Shown here: positions 12,316-28,530 of the stretch, one piece after another
Layout of the letters: each line of letters opens with the position of its first letter
How positions within the stretch are numbered: position 1 is the stretch's first letter
NCBI RefSeq assembly: GCF_009914755.1
Contig: NC_060925.1
DNA from: the human T2T-CHM13v2.0 reference genome, Homo sapiens
Direction: 5' to 3' (one strand)
Length of the DNA stretch: 64,000 nucleotides
Translations under genes and position numbers: made by a program
The notes under the pieces: model-generated
Told to the model about the DNA's origin: nothing
Seen by the model: the letters and a program-made list of their open reading frames with translations, nothing else
Databases searched by the model: none

Positions 12316-13900
12316 AGGAGAGACTACATTTTAAGTGGCACAGCTGGAGGAGAGGACCCCAGTCCAGGCAGGAAAACAGCACAGGGGTGGAATTTGGAAA
12401 GAGTGAGCAGTGGAGCCGCAGGAAGTGGATGCTGGGCAAAGAACGGCAGGAGATAAGATGGGAAGGCAGGTTGGAGCCTGGTTGTGGGGAGCCCTGAAGG
12501 CCACACGAAGGTTTCTGATTGGGACCCTGCAGGTGACGGGGCACATGGGAAGGGGATGGGAGCAGGGCAGGGACACGGTCAGGCTAGTATGGAAGAAACC
12601 CTCCTCCAGCACCGCAGGCTGGGCGGGGTGGCAGAGAGCACCTGGAGGCAGTCCCCAGAGAGAAAGCTGTCACAGACTTGGCTACAGATGAGGGGCTTGT
12701 GGGCTGATGTTTCCCGGATGTAGCTGGGCTGAGGCCCTGCTAGGCCCCTGCAGCCCTGCATGTGTGCAGACCCCCCATGTGCTGTCTCATCACCAGGACA
12801 GTCCCCAGCCTGGTGGCCATGTGTGTCCTCATGAGTTAGATGGATGTTCTCATTAGTTAGCAGGTGTAGAGGTGACCTGAGAGCAGGGGCCCCATCTGGC
12901 CTCCACGCCATCCTGAGCTGAGTCTCCCCAGAAAAGGACAGATCACTGTAATAGCTAAAATCACATTTACTGAGCAGTGACCGTGTGCCTGCTGCTGTTT
13001 TAAGCATTCACTGTGGATTAATTTCTTTACTCTGATGACCAACCCTGTGAAGCAGGTGCAATTATTATCCCCATTTTATAGATAAGAAAACTGAGGTTAG
13101 GAGAATTGCTAAGGTCACATTTGCTAAGTGCTGGGGCTGGACTTGGAGCACACACCCAGGTCCAGAACAAACTCTGTGCACCTGGGAGGGGCTGAGAGCT
13201 GGAGTTGGACAGATTTGGGATGAACAAAAGTCAGTGTAGCTGTGACTCTGAGTGCCGGCCACAAAGGAGAGGTAGCATCTCAACAGGGGCCAGACAACCC
13301 CGAGGACGTGGCTCCAACCCCCATGCCTGTCACTACAAAAGCGCCTCTGCTCAGTCTCCCCAACTTAGACATCATCCCCAGGTAGGAGGTCCCCAAATGA
13401 CTAAGATTATGTTTCTGCTATACTCAATGAAATGAGGGCTCAAAATAGAAATCCAGGTCAGTGATAAAAAAGAAAGTTATATTTCTTATACATCCATTTT
13501 GTGACTTCATACCTGATACGCTATCATCGAACCCATTGTACAGATGGGGAAATTGAGACTTAGAATAAGCAGTGAAGATGAGTGTGGATGACCTCCAGGG
13601 CCCCAGCGATGAGCTCACACTTCACTTATTCAGTTTGAGTAAACCTAGTATACAGTGGAACAAACTGGGGCTTGATACCTTGACAGTTCCTAGGTTCCAA
13701 TCCTGTCTCTGTCCCTTGGTCACTGTTGAACAAATTGCCTCTCTGAACCTCAGTTTCCATGTCTGTGAGATGGACTAGTAATGCCCTCCTTCATTAATTT
13801 GCTCCACATACATTTATTGAGCATCTACTATGTGGCAGGCACTGTACTAGGAACTGGGGATACAGGAATGAATAGACTTTTGGGGGTATGTCAGGATCTA

Positions 13901-14323
<423 letters not shown>

Positions 14324-15310
14324 CTAGAAGACTGCAGTGCTCATGGAGTGTTGTCTGAGAAGGGAGACAGCTGGATGAGGCTCCAATACCTCTGTGTTTT
14401 CCAGAACCAATGGCCTACAGGGCCAGCCTGCTATCCTGCTGCCAGAGGTGTGGCCTCAGGAGTGGAAATGGAAGTTGCATGGCGAGGCTGGCTCTTAGCC
14501 ACTGCTTGTACACAGGAAAACATTCTCATGTGAGGAGGGGAAGTCCCGGGAATCCACCCCAGCCAGGCTGCCTGGGACAAGGGCTCCCAGCCTGCCATCT
14601 GAATAGTAGCACCATCCAGAGCCAGCCCTGGGCAGGGTTATGGGAGGCAGGGGTGTGTGTGTGCTTGTGCGCGCGTGTGTGTGTTTGTGTGTATCTCTGT
14701 GTGGGCCTATTTCTGTGGATCTGTAACTCTGTGGATCTGCGTGTGTTTACGGTTGTATACCTCGATATTACCAAGTCCCAGAGGGGAGGAGTACCCCAGA
14801 CTGTCCTATACACACAGTCACACTGAGGCAGGAACACATAATTCATATATAAAGACCACACACAGACACACAGACAGACACATATGCATATACTCAAACA
14901 TCCACGGTCACAGTCACACCACACATCCACAGTCTTCTAGGTGCATAGATTTATAGGTATACACAGACACACACCCGTAAGCACAGACACACACAAACAT
15001 GCCTTCACACAAGGACATATAGAGAGACACAGGCAGATACCCAAGGGCTGGTGGGACCAAGGCTCAGGGAGGGAGGCCGGAACAGGAGGTGATAACTAAA
15101 GGCAGGCAGTACACACACGAGGGCTCCCAGCCTAGGAGGACATAGTTATGCGGGTCCCTCACTGGAGCACAGGGTGAGATGTACCTGGAGAGAGGGCCAT
15201 AGCAGGAACGTTGGGCCCAGAGGAGGGAGCACCCAGCTCTGTTGGACCGGGGTGAGATCAGGGAGGACTTCCCAGACCCAGTGACAGAGTGTGCTTTAGA
15301 AAAGAGCCTA

Positions 15311-15534
15311 GGCCGGGTGTGGTGGCTCGTGCCTATAATCTCAACACTTTGGGAGGCCATGGCAAGAGGATAACTTGAGCCCAAGAGTTGGAGACCAGCC
15401 TGGGCTACACAACAAGACCCTGACTCTACCAAAAAAAAAAGTTCTTTAATTAGCCAGGCATAATGGTGCACGCCTGTGGTCCCAGCTACTCTAAAGGCTG
15501 AGGCCAGAGGATCATGTGTGCCCAGGAGTTCAAG
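15311..15534 (+). mobile_element. AluJ, 3'-truncated
   Basis: Left arm, A-linker and a partial right arm. Confidence 0.85.
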
Positions 15535-16269
15535 AACAGAAGAGAAGGAAACCAACAGAGTAGAGAGGGTAAGAGTCCCAGCTGATCCAGGTGCTCCTGA
15601 GCCGATACCATCCCATGCCTGCCAGGGGTGAAGCCGGTGCAGCCCATTTTTCATGTATTCTGGTTGGGTTTCTGGTACCGAAACTAGAAGAGACCTGACT
15701 AGCACAGTCCCCTTCTTCATTATTTCTCCCATCTGTCCTTGCCCCATCACCATCGCCTACACAGCCCCCTCCCCACCATAGGCTCTGTTCCACCTACCTC
15801 TCCCTCCTCCCCAAATCCATCCTCCAGAGCCCCTGCCTCCCGCCTTCAGTCCTGCATGACCAACCCTCCCCAGAAGGGGCTGTCCTGGGCTCTACTGGCA
15901 GCTGAAGGTCAGATTTCACAAGAGGGGCCTCTGGGTTGTATTCAAGGCTGGAAGCTCTGGAAGTAATGGGAAGAGAGAGTGGCTGCAGGCAGCCCACAAG
16001 GCTTGGCTTCAGGCCTGGGTAGAGAACCTAGCCTTCTCTCTGTTAGCAGGCACCAATAGAGCTGGCCTGCCCTGGGTCAGGCTTGGGTACCTCTGCCCCA
16101 TTTGAAAGCATCAACCCCTTCTCTAGTCTCTCGGCCTCCAGTCTCTCTCCCCTCCAACCCATCGTGCATTCTGTGGCCAGAGAGAGCTTCCAAAAACGCA
16201 AATCTGACAATGTCACTGCCCTCCCCACAGAACTCTGACAGCTCCCTGTGCCCTAGGAGATAATAGCCT

Positions 16270-16720
16270 TTAGTCTGGTTATTAGCTAGGATATAGGTTG
16301 AGCTTCTAAAGCAGAGACCCAAAATAACTCTGGCTTAAAGAAGAGAGAAGTTTCTTTATCCCTCATATAATAATTTACATATCAACCATTAAAGGCTGGT
16401 TCTCCTTGGCATAGGGGACCCAAGTTCCTTCTGTCTTGTTAAGCTGTTGTCATTCCGTGTTGCCCTCATTCACATGTTCAAGATGGGACCACCTGCACCT
16501 TCCGCCAATGGTAGGGGAAAAGGGACGGGGCAGGCACACCACTATCAAAGGGAAACAGCCTACACTTCTGCTCGCATCCTATTGGCCACGTTAGTCACAT
16601 GGCCCCACCTGGCTGCAAAGCACGCTGGGAAACGTAGTCTTTCTTCCAAGCTTCCATGTGTTATGGATATGAAAGGAAAAACAGATATCATTGCAAAGCC
16701 AGCAGTCTCTGCCACATCCT
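16270..16720 (-). mobile_element. MLT1 (MaLR) LTR relic
   Basis: ggcttaaa..ag.gaagttt.ttt and ctattggcca...tagtcacatggccccacct.gctgcaa motifs. Confidence 0.6.
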
Positions 16721-16821
16721 GGCATTTGGGGTTCTTCATATCTTTGCACATGCTGTGCACCACTGCCCACCTCCCTCTTTCTACCTCCTGAGTGCCTGTT
16801 CATTTGTAAAGACTCAGCTCA

Positions 16822-17113
16822 GGCCGGGCAAGGTGGCTCACACCTGTAATCCCAGCACTTTGGGAGACTGAGGCGGGTTGATCACTTGAGGTCAGGAGTT
16901 CGAGACCAGCCTGGCCAACATGATGAAACCCCATCTCTACTAAAAATACAAAAATTAGCTGGGCGTGGTGTGCGTGCTTGTAATCCCAGCTACTCAGGAG
17001 GCTGAGGCACAAGAATCGCTTGAACCTTGGAGGCGGAGGCTGTAGTGAGCCGAGATCACACCACTGCACTTCAGCCTGGGCGACAGAACGAGACTCTGTC
17101 TCAAAAAAAAAAA
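16822..17113 (+). mobile_element. AluS, full length
   Basis: TSD AAAGACTCAGCTCA. Confidence 0.95.
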
Positions 17114-19728
17114 GACTCAGCTCAAATGGCCCCTATTCTGGGAAGCCTTTCTTGACTACCACCTCCCCAGCCTGGAGGAAGAGTCTTCATGTTCATTGAT
17201 GACATGGTGTCATGTGTAAGGAAGGATTCATCTCCCCCCCTAGATTGGAAACAACGTCAGGACAGAGACTGCAACTGATTCAATTCTGAGTCCCCCTGAC
17301 CAACACCAAGACTGAAATGGATGGGCATTTGGAAATACAGAATGAATGAATGAAAAAATGAGTGAGTAAATGAACCATTTGAATGAGAAAATATTAACTG
17401 AGAAGTGATGATTGATTGAGTGAATGATTGTTGGCCCAAGGAGACACCTGAGCATTGATGGTGCACTGATTAGACAGGCAGGACTTCCCTGGGGGTCTTA
17501 TCTCCTCATAGGCAGGTACTTCTGCCGGAAATGCTCTTCCCTTTGGTGACTGTCTAGCTCCTGCTCAACCCTTACATCTCATCTTAAATTCACCTTCTGA
17601 GAGAGGGCTTCCTTGCCTCACTCCTCCCTCACTCCAACCGCACTCTTCCCTCCTGCACAGTCCACAGACCACCGTCCTTCCACTGAAGCACTCAGAAAAA
17701 CTGACACTAAGTATATGCCATGTACTAGTTTGTCCATGAGACTAGGAGCTCCATGAGGACAGGGTCAGGTCTGTCTCTCCCACTGTTGTGTCCCCAGCCT
17801 GGCACAGTGCTGGACAGAGTAGCTGTCCACTAAAAGTTAAATGAGAACCCAACTTCTTAGAGTGCATCTAAAAGGATTGACATTTGGCCCCAAGAAGGGC
17901 CAGGATAATGTTTGTGGCATAAATGTGTAGGTGGCAGCCTCAGCTCTGCCTGGCGGGTGGCACTAGGAGTCTGTGCCCAGAGGTGGCCTGGCTGAGGGAC
18001 CTGTGGGGACAAGAGACAAGCAGAAAAACTGCCCACAAGCATCTGATCACAGAGCCGTGGGTACGGTTGGCTATATAGAGAATAACCAAGGGTTGGGAGC
18101 CACACTTTCACCTTGACTGCTGGAGAGAGAGGGGCTTGCTGGAAAGTGGGAGACATTGTGATGCAGATGGCAAGTTACTTAACTGCTGTGTGCCTCCGTT
18201 TCCTCATGCAGAGGGAGTTAACAAGAGCACCTTCCTCATGGCATTGTCGTGAAGACTAAAAGATTAACCCATGTAAAGTGCCAGGGCTTGGTTCACTGTC
18301 AATGTTTGCAGATCACATGAAGGGGCAATAAAAATATCTGTGCTCCCAGGTCAGACAGAGCCCTTGCTGAGCCTCAGTTTTCTCACCTGTAAAGTGGGAC
18401 CACCAATATTTAACCCCAGGGGCTTGGAAAGATGCAGTGAGACAAGGCTGTAAGGGGATTGGCACTGTGCCTGGCACCAGGGAATCCTCAACCCTTCCCC
18501 TGAGACAGAGAGAAGAGTGGTGGGTGTAGAGAATGCCTGCCTGCCTCGCCTGCCATAGGCACGAGCCTGGTGAAGTGGGGAGGCCCCCTGGTGACTAATC
18601 TCGTTAATAGTAATCATCACCCTGGTTCTCATTAATATAATAACACTGGGCTCCCAGCCGCCGCCTGGCTCCAGCGCTGGCTCCTCGGTGCCTCTCATCT
18701 CTGCCTGGCGGGGGGCTCTGCAAACACTCATTACACTCCAGTCCCTGGGGAGGCCGCCAGGAGAAGCAGCTATTCCAGGCACACAGCTCAACTCTGGGCC
18801 GCAGGCTCTGTTTTTAATAAGCACCATCGTACACACTCGAGCACACACACACACTCACATGCACACACAGGTGCTCACACACACAATTGTGCAGCACTTT
18901 GCAAGCTCTTCACTGACCATTAATTATAATTGCTCACAATGACTAAGCCTTATGTGATAACAATGATCGTGGATGCCTGCTAAACACTTCCACTTGCCAG
19001 GAACAGTTCTAAGTGCTCGCTCCACTTGTATTAACCCATCTCATCTAAATGAGCATTCCTGTTGTTTCCATTTTGCAGCTTCGGAAACTGAAGTACCCGA
19101 AGGTTATGAGACTTACCCCAAATCACCGACCCGTGGAGCCACAGAGCTAGGATCCGAATGTTTAACACTGTCTCAAAAGATATTAGTTCCTCAAGTCAAT
19201 CCTCATGGTGATTCCGTCCTTATTCTCCCCATTGCACCAGTGAAGACGTGGGCCCAGAGAAATGATGTCCTTTACCCAGGAACACACAGTCAGGGAGGCC
19301 TGACCAGAGTGGCGGCCTTACCACTCCCCAGTGGTGGAAGTAGGAAGGGAAATACTATTTCCCTTTTAAAATGGGAGAAACTGAGCCCCAGAGAGGTTAC
19401 ACAGGGATTGGTGGAGCCCTGGCCCCCTCTTCTTGCCTCCCACCCTCACCCCCACCTCTCATCCTCCCACCCTTACCCCCACCTTGGAGACCTTAATTAA
19501 GACACAGACCAGCTGGCTTGGCCATGGGGGACTCAGTGTCAGAGGCCCTCAGGCCACCTGGGGCTCCCTCCAGGCCACTGATGTTCTGTGCCACCACCTC
19601 CTAGCTGCATGTCCCCGGACAAGTCACATCACCTCTCTGGGCCTGGTTTTCCTCAAAATGGGGAAAAAAGCTGACACTTAGGGAGCATTTACAATGTTCC
19701 AGGCCTATTCTATGTACATTCCACATAG

Positions 19729-20030
<302 letters not shown>

Positions 20031-21224
20031 CTTCCATGTAGTATTTCATTTTGTTCTCACCACAACCCCAGAAGGAAGATATTAAAAGAGTCTGTGGTTT
20101 TTTAAGATTCTGTTATTCTATAGAATAGAATTCTGATTCCCACAGAGTCTGTTATGAAAGATTCCACGATCTTAGAAAGATTCCATTATTCTGGGATTCT
20201 CAGGTACTGGAAGTTTCCATCATTTTATAGATCATGGTGTTAAAGAATTTAATGAAATGGTGATTCGTTGCACCTCAAGGGCAAGAGGCAATTTGTCAGC
20301 CCTTGGACAGCCTTAAAGGCCACCACTGTCCACCCCCTGCCCCTGTCCCCTCCCTCAGCTATGATATCAGAGCCAGCCAAGGCAGAACAACCTGTCTCTA
20401 TGGCACGGCCTTGAGTGTAAGGTCAGTGAGGACTGTGGAGACCGCCAGAGCGCTTGGTGGGTGACTCGGCGGACAAAGGGCTCTGTGCACCCGCCTCTGC
20501 TGTCCTGGCTGGGCCTCACACACAATGGAAGGACCTTTCGAAGCTGCACCCAGCCTGCCCCCTCCCTCAGCAAGAGACACCCAGAGATGCAGCTGAGCTC
20601 AGTCTCAGAGCAGGCCCCCTCCCTGCTCAAAAGGTCCACAGAGAGGAGGTGGGAAGGACAGGTCACAGAAAGGGAAGAGTGTCCCCACTCTTTCTTAGCT
20701 ACCAATGGTTCCCACCTCTCTACCTTTGCCCATGCTGTTCACCCTGCCTGGCATTCCCCTCTCCCTCTACAAATCCTTCAAGAGCCCCCTCAAGTCCTAC
20801 TTCCTCCAACAAGGCCTGCCCGGTTATTCTACCCCACCCCCACCCCATTTCCTCTTTCTCCAAAGTCCTGTTGGGTGGTTTTGGGGGCTCACATGGGGCT
20901 CAGAGACTCCCGTCTCTCCTTTCCTGTCTGTCCTCCCTGCTACCACCAGAGTGATCTTCCTGGAACACAAATGTGGACTTGTCACGCTCTTTCTACAGAT
21001 GCAGACTCAGAAGTGTGGTATGCAAAACTTCCCAACTCAGGCCCCATTCTTTGTGTCTGGCTTCAATTTCTGCCTCAAATCCATGCGCTAAAGCTTGGCC
21101 AGATGAAGTGGGGATCTGCCCTCCAGACACATGGTCACGTGGGCAGCCCTTCTGAGACTGGAACAGCTGAGACCCTGCCTTGATCGCAAGACACAGGCAC
21201 TGAGGGTCTCCTTCCCCACCCAAC

Positions 21225-21226
<2 letters not shown>

Positions 21227-21261
<35 letters not shown>
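21227..21261 (+). repeat. (CA)n microsatellite
   Basis: Pure run of about 17 CA units. Confidence 0.95.
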
Positions 21262-21264
<3 letters not shown>

Positions 21265-21598
21265 TAGGCCGCCACCAGGGAGCCCACTGGGCTTGCAATG
21301 GTGTGTGTTAGTACCATGGACAGTGCTGGGAGAGGGCAGGCTCTGAAGGCTGTGAAATCCACTGACTCAGGGGCATGCATGTGTTTCATACAGCAGGCAT
21401 TTGTTGAGCACCAGCTGCATGCCCCACCCCTGCTGGGTGTTATGGAAAATTCCAGAGGAAAAGACATGTCACTGCCCCCAGGGGCCTTAACAGCCTGGCT
21501 GGGGAACAGATAGCCCTGCCACCAACCTCCCACCTACCTCCCTGCAGACTGCCACAGCCATTTGTACAAACCACAAATTTGACCATATCTCTCCCCCC

Positions 21599-21896
21599 TT
21601 TTTTTCTCTTGAGATGGAGTCTTAATACATCACCCAGGCTGGAGTGCAGTGGCATGATCTCGGCTCACTGCAACCTCTGTCTCCTGGGTTCAAGTGATTC
21701 TCCTACCTCAGCCTTCCCCCCAAGTAGCTGGGATTATATGTACACGCCACCACGCCCAGCTAATTTTTGTATTTTTTGGTAGAAACAGGGTTTCACCTTG
21801 TTGGCCCGGCTGATCTCAAACTCGTGACTGCAGGTGATCCACCGCTTCGGCCTCCCAAACTGCTGGGATTACAGGCATGAGCCACCGCTCCTGGCC
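21599..21896 (-). mobile_element. AluS, full length
   Basis: TSD CCATATCTCTC. Confidence 0.93.
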
Positions 21897-21922
21897 CCAT
21901 ATCTCTCTCTCAAAAGCTCCAT

Positions 21923-21926
<4 letters not shown>

Positions 21927-21957
<31 letters not shown>

Positions 21958-21980
21958 ATACACACACACATACATGCACA
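21927..21980 (+). repeat. Interrupted (CA)n microsatellite
   Basis: CA run with cactca/cata interruptions. Confidence 0.9.
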
Positions 21981-24105
21981 TCAATTGCTTATAAGATGAT
22001 AAACTCCAAACCATTAAGCATGTTAGTCAAGGCCCTTTCTGACCCAGCAGGCCCAGCCACCCTCCTGCCCTCACCACCATCCCCACCCTCATGAGCCCAA
22101 TACTCCAGCCCTACTTGACTTCCTTCATTCCCCAGACATGCAAGGGCGCTTTTCTCATTTTTGTCCCCTAATCTAGAGAGTATTTGCCCTTCTTCTTTTT
22201 CACAGAGAACTCCCACATAGACTTCAAAACTCAAACCAAATATTTCCTCCTCCAGGAAGCCGCAAAGTTAGTTGTTCCCTCCTCTGCATGCCAAGAGGCC
22301 TTGTACCTGTCTCTATGTCACTTGGCATATTGAATTCTGAATTACCATGCATCCCTCATGTCAAACAGAAGTTAGCTATATTTGTCTAGGCCTCTTAGGA
22401 AAGGCGTGGTGGTTGCCAGAAGTGGAGGGGCTTTCTAAGAACTATAACTCATTAATCACTATGTCAGTAATAGTTGTATTTGACAACTTCAGATTTTCTG
22501 GAAGCCTAAAAATAATGTCAAAGCTGTGCTTTGTATGCTACTTTTTAACTCTAGAAGCCTGTCTGTCTTATCTTTGAGAAGAGAGAGCATTATTTATTGT
22601 GTCGACCATATGCCCAATAATTGTTAGAATATGATTAAATAAAACATAGCCTCTAGCAGATCAATGCAGACATCAGATCCAGCCCTCCCCCTTCAACGTT
22701 ATCAATGTTCTCAGGTATCTGACTCCACATCTGTGTTCCCCATGCCAGGCTGTGAGTTCCCTGAGGGCCAGGACTGTGTGTCTTTTATTTCCCTGGCACC
22801 TAGCATGGTGTCTGGCATACCGTAGGTATCCATCAGTATTGGGAGACTAACAAACTAGAAAGAATCACATGGGCTCCGGGGTCAGATTGCCTGGATTCAA
22901 ATCCTCATTCTGCCACGTACTGGCTCTATAAGTTTATACACAGTTTTAACCTTTCAAAGGGGCCTCTATTTTCTCACCTGTAAAATGCACATATTACTAG
23001 TATGTGCCTCATGGAGTTATGGTGATCTCTATGACACTGCGTAAAAAGGACCAGGCATACAGCCTGCCCGCTAGTAAATACCTCATAAAAGGTCATTGTT
23101 ACGGTCACTTGTGTTGGGTTGAATTGTGCGGTTTAGGCTTAAGCACAACAGGAATTCAGAGAAAAGAGACGGCACCTTCACCAATAATCCAAGATGACTT
23201 CGATCATCCAGGTCAGTATTTACTGAGTACTTTCTATGTACCTTGAATTAATGATGAAACCTCATGGCAATTCTATGAGGTGGGTACTATGATTATCCCC
23301 ATTCTATTTCCAGAAGCAGCCGGGTAAAAGGGGTCAAAAAACTTGCCTGGGATCACCTAGCCAGTAAGCAGAAGAGTCAGGAGTCAAACCAGGGCAATTT
23401 GGCTCCGGAGTGGGGCTCTTCACTTGCATGCCACAGAGCCAACCTCAAGGAAGCTGGAGGCTCAGCTGGACTTTGCAGGACAAGCCACAAGACAGAGGCA
23501 CCTCTGCTGGGAAGAAGGACCAAGGACTTCCCGTCATGCACTTCCCATGATCCAACTCAGGGTTTCTCCGGAAGGCCTGCATCCTTCTCTATTCTCTCAC
23601 CCCTGCGTTTCCCACCCTGCCAGCCTCCCTCACCCCCTTCTTTCCCTTCTTCTTCCTGTTGTCCAGGTCTAAGAGTTCATCCTGGCCAATGACTGGGAGC
23701 TCCCAGAGCAGGTGATGTTGGAGTAGGGGTTTGAAGGATCCGTAGGAATTTGCCAGGAGAAAGTGGAGGAGAGGTCAAGGTTGACTGTACAGTTGTCTCC
23801 CTACATTCTCGGCATTCTGGGAGTCTCCATGCTTCAGTTTCCTCATCTGTAAACATGAGAGTAATGAGTACCTACTGCTTCTCAGGGTTTTAGTAAAGAT
23901 TAAATAAGCTACTACATGTACAATAATTTTATTTAATAAACACTCCTGTAGTGCTTACCACATGCCAGGCACTGTTCTAAAGGCCTCACACTATTAAAAA
24001 GTGCTTAGAGCATGCCTGGCACACGGTAAGTCCAACATATGTGTCTTCTGCTGTTATTATTACAGTCATGCTCCACATAACAATGTTTCAGTCAACCACA
24101 GATCA

Positions 24106-24590
<485 letters not shown>

Positions 24591-24952
24591 CTATGTTACT
24601 GGCTTATTTACTATATTATACTTTTTATCACTATTTCAGAGTGTACTCCTTCTACTTATTAAAAAAGTTAACCGTAAGACAGCCTCAGGCAGGTTCTTCA
24701 GGAGGTATCCAGAAGAAGGCACTGTTACCACAGGAGATGACAGCTCCGTGCATGCTATTGCCCCTGAAGACCTTCCAGTGGGACAAGATCTGGAGGTAGA
24801 AGACAGTGATACTGACGAACCTGACACCGTGGAGGCCTAGGCTAATGTGCGTGGTTGTGTCTTAGTTTGTAACAAAAGAAGTTTAAAAAGCAAAAATACA
24901 AATTAAAAAATAGCTAGAATAAGGACATAAAATGTTTTGTAGAGCTATGCAA

Positions 24953-25255
24953 TTTTTTTTTTTTTTTGAGATGGATTCTCACTCTGTCGCCCAGGCTGGA
25001 TTGCAGTGGTACGATCTTGGCTCACTGCAACCTCCACGTCCCGGGTTCCAGCGATTCTCTTGCCTCAATGTTTTACTTCAATAATACAGGTGCGCACCAA
25101 CACGCCTGGCTAATTTTTGTATTTTTAGTAGAGATGGTAGAGTAGAGTAGTAGCCATGTTGCTCAGGCTGGTCTCGAACTCCTGAACTCAGGTTATCTGC
25201 CCATCTCGGCCTCCCACAGTACTGGGATTACAGGCCCGAGGCAACACACCCGGCC
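24953..25255 (-). mobile_element. AluS nested in Tigger3, carrying two non-Alu patches
   Basis: TSD TGCAAT. Patches at 25066-25086 and 25138-25153. Confidence 0.9.
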
Positions 25256-25270
25256 TGCAATGTGCTTTAA

Positions 25271-25758
<488 letters not shown>

Positions 25759-25951
25759 TAAAAAGTTTTTAAAAATTAAAAAGTTTATAAAACTTTGAAA
25801 AAGTTATAGTAAGCTAATTATTATTGAAGAAAAACATTGTATAAATGTAATGTATGCAGTGTGCACTGACAGTCCTGCTAGCTCCAACCATGGCAAATGC
25901 CATATACACATGCATCATTTTTTAATCTTTTATAGAATATTTTATTGTTCC

Positions 25952-26363
<412 letters not shown>

Positions 26364-27218
26364 TAACCTAGGAGCAATGGGCTGTACCATATAGCCTGGG
26401 TGTGCAGCAGGCTGTCCCACCTTGGTTTGTGTAAGGACACTCTATGATGTTCACGAGGTGAAATCGTCTAACAACATGTTCCTCAGAACACATCCCCGTC
26501 ATTAGGTGACGCATGTCTGTACTGCAGTATCTTTGGTATCTTCATTTTTAGTGCTGTGCACCTGCTGTGTGTCATTGTGCTGGACACTTAGGTCTGCCCA
26601 CTTTTTGGGTCCTCACAAATCTCTGCAGCGATCATCACTGTGCAAATGACACAGAAGAGGAAGCCAAGGCTTGGGGGGTGGGGAGGAGGTGAAGGGGCTT
26701 CCCCAGGATGACCTAAGAAGAACTTGCTGTGGCTAACTGTGAATGACACCTGTATGTCCCCAAACCCATGCCCTTTCCTTACAGCATGCCGGTAAGACTA
26801 TTTCAATATTTCCAGCAAGACAAGATAAAGGTCTAGACTTGGCCAGAGCCTTGAAAATGGGCAGGGGTGGGCAGTGAGGGTAGGGGATGGTGATGAACAA
26901 ACCTAATGTCCTCCAAGGTGGGAGGAGTAATCCCCAGCCAGCCCATCTCCCAGGACTGATGTGAATGGCAAGCAAGACCAAGGACTTCCTGGACAGTGCT
27001 TCATGAGCTGAAACACATGGCTCACTTGGGAAGGGCTGCTTTTGCTACTTTCTCTGGCAATGGACAAACACCTCTGGAGGAGGGAAATAGCTAAAGCCAC
27101 GCGTCAGTCATGACAATTTCATGCAAATTATTTCAACAGAGCCATTCATAAGAGTCAGTTTTCATAAAACGGGAGGGAACAGGGTCCATGAAGGCACTGA
27201 CCACTTGGAAGTGGATGA

Positions 27219-27688
<470 letters not shown>

Positions 27689-27699
27689 GCTTTCTTTTC

Positions 27700-28530
27700 T
27701 TTTAAAGCACTTTATTATGGAGAATTTAAAATGTAAACTTAGAGTAGATAGAATAATATAATGAAGCCCCTATGTGCCCATCACTCAGCGTCTATAACGA
27801 TCAACTCAAGCCCCAACTTATTTCCTCCATTCCCTCACCCACTCCTCCCCATATTATTTTGAAGTCAATTCCAGACACCCTGTCACTTCATCTACAAATA
27901 TTTCAGTCTGTATCTCTAAAAGGTAAGGATTCATTTAAAAAAAAAAAAAAAACCATAACTACAGGGCCCTTATCACATCTAAGAGCATTGACAATGAATC
28001 CTTAATAACAAATATTCACTCGGTCACTTGAGCCCAGGAGTTTGAGACCAGCCTGGACAACATGGCAAAACTATGTCTCTACAAAAAATATGAAAATTAG
28101 TCGGATATGGTGGCGAGCACCTGTAGTCCCAGCTATTTGGGAGACTGAGGTAAGAGGATCACCTGAGCCCGGGGAGCTCGAGGCTGCCGTGAGCCATGAT
28201 CAGACCACTGCACTCCAGCCTGGGCGACAGAATGAGACCCTGTCTCAAAAAAAGAGAAAATATATATATAAAAATATATATATTTATGTTTTTACTCATT
28301 CACTCAGAGTTCAATTTCCACTTGCCTCATAACTGGAGCATTTTAAAAATATAATTTGTTCGAATCAGGATCTGAATCAGGTTCCCACATTGATTAGTTA
28401 ACATTTCATTTAAGCTTATCTATAAATTCTCCATCTCTCTCTTTTTTTTGTCTTCCTTATAATTTATGTGTTGAAAAAAAACTGGATTGTTTTTCCTATA
28501 GAGTATCCCACAGTGTGGATTTTGCTGATA
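27700..28530 (-). mobile_element. Old L1M 3' region interrupted by a 5'-truncated AluJ (28021-28260, + strand)
   Basis: AT-rich antisense L1 3'UTR-like sequence on both sides of the Alu fragment. Confidence 0.6.

Noticed and set aside
20454-21183. 240-aa and 166-aa ORFs
   Set aside because: Non-ATG starts, partly L2-like sequence, no recognisable protein features.
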